Below are positions 58,215 to 64,000 of a stretch of 64,000 nt of DNA, piece by piece. Below the pieces are notes generated by a model. The model was not told where the DNA came from, did no database searches, and saw nothing but the letters and a program-made list of their open reading frames with translations. The DNA is taken from positions 124,001 through 188,000 of IMG/VR virus record IMGVR_UViG_3300043399_000877. One strand, given 5' to 3'. The position numbers and the translations under genes were made by a program. Within the stretch, counting starts at the first letter, position 1. The number at the start of each line of letters is the position of its first letter.

Positions 58215-61200
58215 TTATTCTCCAATTGCAAGTATATATGGTGTTAGAGTTGAGTACAACGATTTTCTGAACACCCGACCTTCGATAATACCCTTGGCAC
58301 GGTTTATCTTGAGCTGTGTACCTATCTTAAAGTCACCGCGCTGGTCAGTTGCTGTAAAGTAAACTCTACCACCATTTGCTTCAACTATTTCGTTACCTTC
58401 TACCGGGGTACCACCCAAATATGGTAGAGCTATGTTGATATCAGTACCAGATCCAATCCATTCAAAAGTATGACTACTTGAAGTTATCAAACTAAGTTGG
58501 TGGAACGAGACTGCTATATTCGGATTAATAACACCTTCACGTATTTCTTCTTCTATAGTTATGAGTGCATTGTAACGATTGTCAAGCAATTCCTCAACTA
58601 CATCAAACAAGTCTTCAAGAATGTTTGCCTCTGTTGATGTAGCTGCTGGTAGCGACGTATCTTGAATTTCAACAGTGTTTAATGCGGTTACTGGACTGTT
58701 TACAACGCAAAGTTTTGCAACATCTTTTACATAATTAAATGTGTCTATGCTTGCAGCAATTTCGTTATTTGGGATCTGTTGCACACCACCGTTAAAGTAT
58801 GATCTTATAGCCACGTTTGTTGCAACATTACCTTGATACAGCATGTCGTATGTAATAGCATCTATTACATAACCCATATCTCTTCTGCAAAGGTCTTCAT
58901 TATACAAATAGTTACCGGATATGTATTCTGTAATTGCTGCTTTCGTAGCATCTTTGTTGGTTTGCATAGTTGCAAACAATGTTACTAAACCGCTGCCGAC
59001 CCAATTTGTAGAAGGATTGATTGTTGAAACTGTGGATTGTGTTTCAACAACACTTATAAGGTTGTCCATTAGTCCTTGAACAGTTAATGATGCGTCAAGT
59101 GAACCCGCAAGTCCAGTTACTTGTGCAACAGTTCCTTGTAGTTCTTCTACATCGAGGTTAACTGCAATTTCACTTAAAATAGTTTTCATATACTTGTATG
59201 CGCCCACGGTTGCCATCTTTTCTGCGGCTGCTACTTGTAGCGTTGATTTTGAATAGTACGCATTTGCTGCTATAACTGTTTCAGTGTTACCACCGTAAGT
59301 CAAGTCATAATATAGTGCGTCTATGATTAAATCAACATCTCGTTCACAAGTTGCTTGGTCATAAACCAGGTTTGGATATCCGCGGTTAATGTACTCAACT
59401 ATTTCAGCTTTTATAAATGCCCGGTTTAGATCAATAAGATTTCTAGCATTTTCATATCCGGAATCATATGCAGTAGGATCCGGAATAATATATGATGGTA
59501 TATTATCGACGCCGTCTCTCAGTATTTCTAGAATAATATTCATATTATCAGTTACTGAATCGACTGCTGTTGGATTTCCAGTCACAGTGTCTATTAAGAT
59601 AGATTTCAAATATCCAAAAGACCCTAGTGTTTGAATTTTTTGATTCTGAGTGACAACAGCAGCGCCATTTCTGTAATAGCTTCTAGCAGCAGTTATGCTA
59701 CGGAAGTTAGAACCAAACATCATGTCATACCCAACAGCATCAACTATCAAGCCAACATCACGCTCACAAAGTCCTACATCATATTCAAAAGTTCCCTCGA
59801 TGTGTTCTATAACTGCTGTTTGGATGTCATTTATGTCAGCTCTAACAAGTGCATTTAGGGTTGTTAATGATGTGTCAACCCACGCAGTGCTTGGATTCAC
59901 TTGTGAAGGTTGTGTTTCAGTGTCTATTATACCTATTATGTTGTCAAGTAATCCCTGTGCAGTGGATGACTCGGGATTTCCTGATGTAAGTGCAGCTATT
60001 AGGGATTTTAAGTATGTTAGTGCGGCCACAGTTGGTGCTTTTTCTGGAAGTGATATTTGCAATTGATTACCGGAGTAGTATGCATTACCAGCTATGGTTG
60101 TTTCAAGATTTCCACCATAAGTCAAATCATAATGCATTGCTTCCAAAATATAGCCCAAGTCGCGCTCACAAGTTGCTTGGTTATAAGACAGTGACGGGTA
60201 GTTTGTGTTTATGTAAGCTATTACCTGTGTTATCAAGCTGGCTCTATTTGTAAATATAGTGTTTCTTACTGATTGCAAGTTCGCATTGTAGCCAGTTGGG
60301 TTAGGCGTTACCGATGCTGGTACTGACGGCAGACCGTTTTCAAGAACATCTATAATTATGTTCATGTTGCTCAACACTGACGCCTCTGCCGAACTTACAC
60401 CGGACACAAAACCGTACATAACGTATTTTAAATAATCTAGTGCGCCAACAGTTGCCTTTTTCTGACTTTGGGTAACAACAGCGGCACCGTTTCTGTAATA
60501 ACTTCTAGCAGCAGTTATGCTACGGAAGTTAGAACCAAACATCATGTCGTACAGTATTGCATCGACAATAATACCCACATCTCTTCTGCAAAGTTCTGCA
60601 TTGTAACTTGCAATCAATGGCAGGTTTTCAACTATGTATGCTGTGCCTTCTTCAATTAAGAATTGGCGGTTTGCTTGAATAATGTCGGCTGCCTTTTTGC
60701 GATTAGCATCAACTCCCACTGGGGTAGCAAAGTCGATCGCTGGGATAGCCAGTTCACCGAACGAAAGTATGTTAATAATCAAATCCATATTTTGTCCGAT
60801 ACTGGCAGCCTGTGTGGTGTTCATGTCTACCAAATCTAGCAGTAGATCTTTTAATTTATACAATGCTGATATGGTTTCAACTGACTGATTATTTCTAACG
60901 TTTATAGCACCAGCTCGCAAGTAACTCGCACCTGCAATTATAGATCTGTAATTGGTTCCAAAAGCCATATCATCTATTACAGCTTCTGCAATCAACCCCA
61001 CATCACGTGAGCATTTCGCTTCATTATACTGGAAGAACGGAAATTCTTTTTCTATATGCTTGATTACTTCAGTTCTCATAAACGGGATTTGTGAAAGCAA
61101 GTATTCACGATCTTCTCTTACTTCAATCGGTTCTTCATCAAAAAACTGTGGTACAATTAACTCATTTTTAATGTTTAATTCACCAACTTCTCTTACAGTA

Positions 61201-63128
61201 TAATAATTTGTATCACCAAAGAACCTGACAGCATCGCCAATATTTGGCTTCTTAATAAGTCTATCCATCACAAACTGGTTGGTTTGCGGTTGAGAAACTA
61301 CTCTACCGTAATAAAGTGGAGTACTTACACCGTCTGCTTTTAGTGCGTAATTACCAAATGTACTGTTGCTGTTCGTTATTGATGTAAATCCACCCTTTTC
61401 GCAAAGGAATGCAACATCACAGCAAATTGTAAACAAGCTCACAAGCTGAGTATTTCCACGGTTAAGCATGTGTATACCAATACCACCTTGGTTATATTGA
61501 GTAAACGCATCACATACCATTGACTTCAAACCATCAGAGTGATTTCCGTCAACTCGCATGCCTGTTCCAGTTGTGGTTAATGATGTACAGTTTTGAACAT
61601 ACGGGCTCTGTGTAATGAATCCAGCGCCGGTTCCGTCATTTGCAAAAGCAACAGCAGCACTTGGTGCAAGATGATCTTTAAAGGTTACTTGTGTTATGTA
61701 AGAACCGTTATATACCCAGAACATATCTTGAGTTCTATTAAGCGGTCTTATAGTCACAGTTCTCAAGCTATCACCGACTAGCGATACCCGCGCTGGAAGT
61801 CGAAGTGGGTTGTCGATCACATATACACCACTTTTAATATAAATTGTAATAGGGTCAAATTCTGATGGTGGCTGTGTTGCTCGAATTAATTGCACAACCT
61901 CGAGGGCTCTGTCAATAGTTTTAAAAGGTTCTGAAAGCGTTGTACCGTCGTTTTCATCGTTACCGCTTTCATCTGAAACGTAATAAACATTGTTTACACG
62001 GTCAGCAATACCGATTTCTCTAACAGTATCTATAGCGTTTTTACTTCGTTTAAAGTATACTTTACCATCGGTATTGTTTACAAAAAGTTCAGCTTTTTCA
62101 AGTGTTGACGCAGGTGGTATGTACCCAATTAAATCGGTATTTTTTAATATTATAATACTATCTTGAATTCTGCCTTGTTCAAAGAGAGTATTTTTAATTC
62201 TACTACCTGGTAGAACTTCTAAGTCACCAGTCACTGCCAATTCAGTTTTTAAATTTGTTATACCACCAACAGCGCCGATGTTGATTACTTGCCCAGCACC
62301 AAATGCGTTTATTGTTGAAGAATTTGTGTTGAAAAGATTTACATTTGGTTTAGTTGTTTCGAGATCAGTTTTAAAGCTAACTTTATCTTCAAAAAATTCA
62401 GTTGTCGTAGTTCCATCTATAGATATTTTAGCATAACTTGATGGATATCCTTCTTCTGTAGAAAAAACTTCAACTCGAGTATTGCCTTCTGGTACTGGCG
62501 CAACTATTTTGTTTTGCCAGTTATACAAGTTATAAGCAGTTACATAATCGATCATACCTCGCACGTTTACAAGTGCGTCATCATCTTTAGGATCGGCTAA
62601 GTTGTTTGGATTTTCGTCGTTAAATTCAATGTATCCAGTTTCTGAATCATAAACGAAAACTTGTTGCTCATAATCGGTTGTATTCTTAACAGTGACAATT
62701 CCGGTACCGGATCCGACTAGATAAAGATCCTGATTGTCATCTGTTAAGATAGCTCTAGTATAAAGCGATGCTAGATCCTGATTTTCGTATGTTAAACTAA
62801 ATGAACCAGTTCTTGTAGAATCTGAAACTGGATCGTACCAAGTTTTGGATTCATCAAAAAGTATTCTTGCTTTGGGTTCTGAACCACGATCTATTAATAC
62901 ACCAGAAACACCAAGGGTTACGCCGGCACCGGTTTCGCCCTTGTTAATTACTATAACATTGTCGGTGATATCTAAATCTTGTGACTCAACACTGGTTGTC
63001 GTACCGTAAACAACCATGTTACCTTTAACGTATACTGTACCAGTATTGTCAGTATCTAGAGTAATATTACCCCCTGGATTAACTATTAACTGGTAGTCAT
63101 CTACGCCGTATAGATCAATTTTAGACAT
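58215..63128 (-). CDS. Very large putative virion protein: beta-helix-like domain with six tandem phycobiliprotein-like helical repeats
   Basis: 1637 aa; VYYVSDESGNDENDG..FKTIDRAL...SGVY...SLVGDSLRTVTIRP; six CxRD repeats; C-terminal SSSHTFEWIGSG...TDQRGDFKIG. Confidence 0.85.
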   Translation of the reverse strand: MSKIDLYGVDDYQLIVNPGGNITLDTDNTGTVYVKGNMVVYGTTTSVESQDLDITDNVIVINKGETGAGVTLGVSGVLIDRGSEPKARILFDESKTWYDPVSDSTRTGSFSLTYENQDLASLYTRAILTDDNQDLYLVGSGTGIVTVKNTTDYEQQVFVYDSETGYIEFNDENPNNLADPKDDDALVNVRGMIDYVTAYNLYNWQNKIVAPVPEGNTRVEVFSTEEGYPSSYAKISIDGTTTTEFFEDKVSFKTDLETTKPNVNLFNTNSSTINAFGAGQVINIGAVGGITNLKTELAVTGDLEVLPGSRIKNTLFEQGRIQDSIIILKNTDLIGYIPPASTLEKAELFVNNTDGKVYFKRSKNAIDTVREIGIADRVNNVYYVSDESGNDENDGTTLSEPFKTIDRALEVVQLIRATQPPSEFDPITIYIKSGVYVIDNPLRLPARVSLVGDSLRTVTIRPLNRTQDMFWVYNGSYITQVTFKDHLAPSAAVAFANDGTGAGFITQSPYVQNCTSLTTTGTGMRVDGNHSDGLKSMVCDAFTQYNQGGIGIHMLNRGNTQLVSLFTICCDVAFLCEKGGFTSITNSNSTFGNYALKADGVSTPLYYGRVVSQPQTNQFVMDRLIKKPNIGDAVRFFGDTNYYTVREVGELNIKNELIVPQFFDEEPIEVREDREYLLSQIPFMRTEVIKHIEKEFPFFQYNEAKCSRDVGLIAEAVIDDMAFGTNYRSIIAGASYLRAGAINVRNNQSVETISALYKLKDLLLDLVDMNTTQAASIGQNMDLIINILSFGELAIPAIDFATPVGVDANRKKAADIIQANRQFLIEEGTAYIVENLPLIASYNAELCRRDVGIIVDAILYDMMFGSNFRSITAARSYYRNGAAVVTQSQKKATVGALDYLKYVMYGFVSGVSSAEASVLSNMNIIIDVLENGLPSVPASVTPNPTGYNANLQSVRNTIFTNRASLITQVIAYINTNYPSLSYNQATCERDLGYILEAMHYDLTYGGNLETTIAGNAYYSGNQLQISLPEKAPTVAALTYLKSLIAALTSGNPESSTAQGLLDNIIGIIDTETQPSQVNPSTAWVDTSLTTLNALVRADINDIQTAVIEHIEGTFEYDVGLCERDVGLIVDAVGYDMMFGSNFRSITAARSYYRNGAAVVTQNQKIQTLGSFGYLKSILIDTVTGNPTAVDSVTDNMNIILEILRDGVDNIPSYIIPDPTAYDSGYENARNLIDLNRAFIKAEIVEYINRGYPNLVYDQATCERDVDLIIDALYYDLTYGGNTETVIAANAYYSKSTLQVAAAEKMATVGAYKYMKTILSEIAVNLDVEELQGTVAQVTGLAGSLDASLTVQGLMDNLISVVETQSTVSTINPSTNWVGSGLVTLFATMQTNKDATKAAITEYISGNYLYNEDLCRRDMGYVIDAITYDMLYQGNVATNVAIRSYFNGGVQQIPNNEIAASIDTFNYVKDVAKLCVVNSPVTALNTVEIQDTSLPAATSTEANILEDLFDVVEELLDNRYNALITIEEEIREGVINPNIAVSFHQLSLITSSSHTFEWIGSGTDINIALPYLGGTPVEGNEIVEANGGRVYFTATDQRGDFKIGTQLKINRAKGIIEGRVFRKSLYSTLTPYILAIGE

Positions 63129-63145
63129 CGAAGTTCTCCGTTAAA

Positions 63146-63535
63146 TTAGATAGCTGTTAGTACTATGTAATCGTTTGAAGAATCGTTTTCTAGATACCAT
63201 GTATAGCGATTACCACTAAAGTCTTTTGCAGTTCTCTTGTTGATTTTTGCTAGGTTTATTTCTGCACCGCTGTTAGATGCAACGTAACCAAACAGTCTCA
63301 TTTCTTTAGCAGCACTCGGTGCACCGTCTTTTAACACGCAAGTTATATATTTGGTGCTATCACCTATATCGCCAACACGGCAAACGCGAAATGTTTTTGC
63401 GCCACGTTGTTTTAAAATTACACCGTCTGTACGTAGTGCAGTTCCATCGTGAAACTCAACACGCACACCAGTATTGCTTGCAAAAGTACCGATTACGTCA
63501 GTACCAAACACATCTTTTCTTAGAGGTCGTCCCAT
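63146..63535 (-). CDS. Small hypothetical (likely late/virion) protein
   Basis: MGRPLRKDVFG...ILKQRGAKTFRV; AGGAG SD and late motif upstream. Confidence 0.8.
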   Translation of the reverse strand: MGRPLRKDVFGTDVIGTFASNTGVRVEFHDGTALRTDGVILKQRGAKTFRVCRVGDIGDSTKYITCVLKDGAPSAAKEMRLFGYVASNSGAEINLAKINKRTAKDFSGNRYTWYLENDSSNDYIVLTAI

Positions 63536-63540
63536 TTATT

Positions 63541-63607
63541 TCTCCTTTTGACGTTCTAGGTCATACGCCGGGAAGCGTAAGTCCGTGAGGACATTTACAT
63601 GACATAG
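63541..63607 (-). ncRNA. Candidate structured cis-regulatory RNA leader (three-way junction / alternative hairpin)
   Basis: Outer stem 63607-63599 with 63564-63556 (8/9 pairs) encloses hairpins GUCC/GGAC and ACGC/GCGU; competing UGAC/GUCA hairpin next to the SD; ATAAATA at 63614-63608. Confidence 0.5.
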
Positions 63608-63629
63608 TATTTATCAAATGGAGGTAAGA

Positions 63630-63656
63630 ATAAAAAAGCCCGTTTAACACGGGCTT
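63630..63656 (-). terminator. Intrinsic terminator
   Basis: AAGCCCGT (63636-63643) / ACGGGCTT (63649-63656) followed by a U-tract on -. Confidence 0.75.
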
Positions 63657-63921
63657 ATTTTCCAGAAAGTGTAGCAATAAATTCGTGTTTAGAAAATGTT
63701 TTAAACTCTGATACAGCTTTGTTTAAAATATCCTCAGCTTCTTTCTTATATCTGGGATTTTTTGTTTGAGATTGTTTAACTAGCAGTGAGAAATATTCTT
63801 TTTTAAGACGTTCAAATCTTTTCTGAAAAATAACAATCTGTGGTGCGTAACCGGGATGGTTTTTACGCCATTGTTTTATCGTGCGTTCGTATTCGTCCCA
63901 GGATGCATCAATGTTTGTCAT
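63655..63921 (-). CDS. Small helical hypothetical protein
   Basis: 88-aa ORF behind a sigma70-like promoter, no SD. Confidence 0.7.
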   Translation of the reverse strand: MTNIDASWDEYERTIKQWRKNHPGYAPQIVIFQKRFERLKKEYFSLLVKQSQTKNPRYKKEAEDILNKAVSEFKTFSKHEFIATLSGK

Positions 63922-63926
63922 GCTAT

Positions 63927-63964
63927 AATATAAAAAAAATAGCTGTTGTTGTCAACAGCTATTT
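63927..63964 (-). promoter_or_regulatory. Sigma70-like promoter whose -35 box lies in a 12-bp palindrome that also reads as a terminator
   Basis: TTGACA 63955-63950, 17 nt, TATATT 63932-63927; AAATAGCTGTTG-TTGT-CAACAGCTATTT at 63937-63964. Confidence 0.6.
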
Positions 63965-64000
63965 CAGTTATTTTACACAGAGAAGTTTTTATTTAGACGG

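Noticed and set aside
58575-61120. Calling these genes cpc/apc or inferring a cyanobacterial host
   Set aside because: The similarity is motif-level only, the repeats lack the N-terminal X/Y helices and the GGNxY loop, and no photosynthesis or bilin-synthesis genes are in this window
63541-63607. Known ribozyme or riboswitch (hammerhead, twister, SAM, preQ1, guanidine)
   Set aside because: The catalytic or ligand-binding consensus nucleotides I remember (e.g. CUGAUGA/GAAA) are absent; kept only as an unnamed candidate
1-64000. Alternative genetic code (stop-codon reassignment) as in some jumbo phages
   Set aside because: Core genes are full length in the standard code and coding density is high
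1-64000. tRNA or rRNA genes
   Set aside because: Intergenic gaps are short, and none shows a cloverleaf with T-loop/D-loop consensus

Overview
The window is a 64-kb segment of a large T4-like myovirus (jumbo-phage-like) genome, with almost all genes on the minus strand and the standard genetic code. It contains: (i) a left glycosyltransferase/nucleotide-sugar cluster; (ii) uvsY, uvsX/recA and gp32-like SSB; (iii) packaging, head-completion, tail tube, enlarged sheath and neck genes (gp17, gp4, gp19, gp18, gp13, gp14, gp15); (iv) about 35 kb of fibre and baseplate-associated genes interleaved with glycosyltransferases and methyltransferases. These include two giant collagen-like (Gly-X-Y) fibres with C-terminal S74 chaperones; one has about 399 apparently uninterrupted triplets. 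The most striking observation is in two paralogous large virion-type proteins (58215-63128 and 40367-42919). They carry tandem ~140-aa helical repeats whose core (C-x-R-D-[LV]-x-[YLI]-x-[LVI]-x4-Y-x4-G, followed by T-V-x-A-x3-[LM]-K and L-D-x-I) closely resembles the bilin-binding globin fold of phycobiliproteins, including the chromophore-attachment Cys. Other candidates are a virion-glycosylation system acting on G[FY]TGS repeats, a structured RNA leader, a possible -1 frameshift, and promoter-in-hairpin translational switches. All family assignments come from motif recognition and memory; no database search or structure prediction was run.
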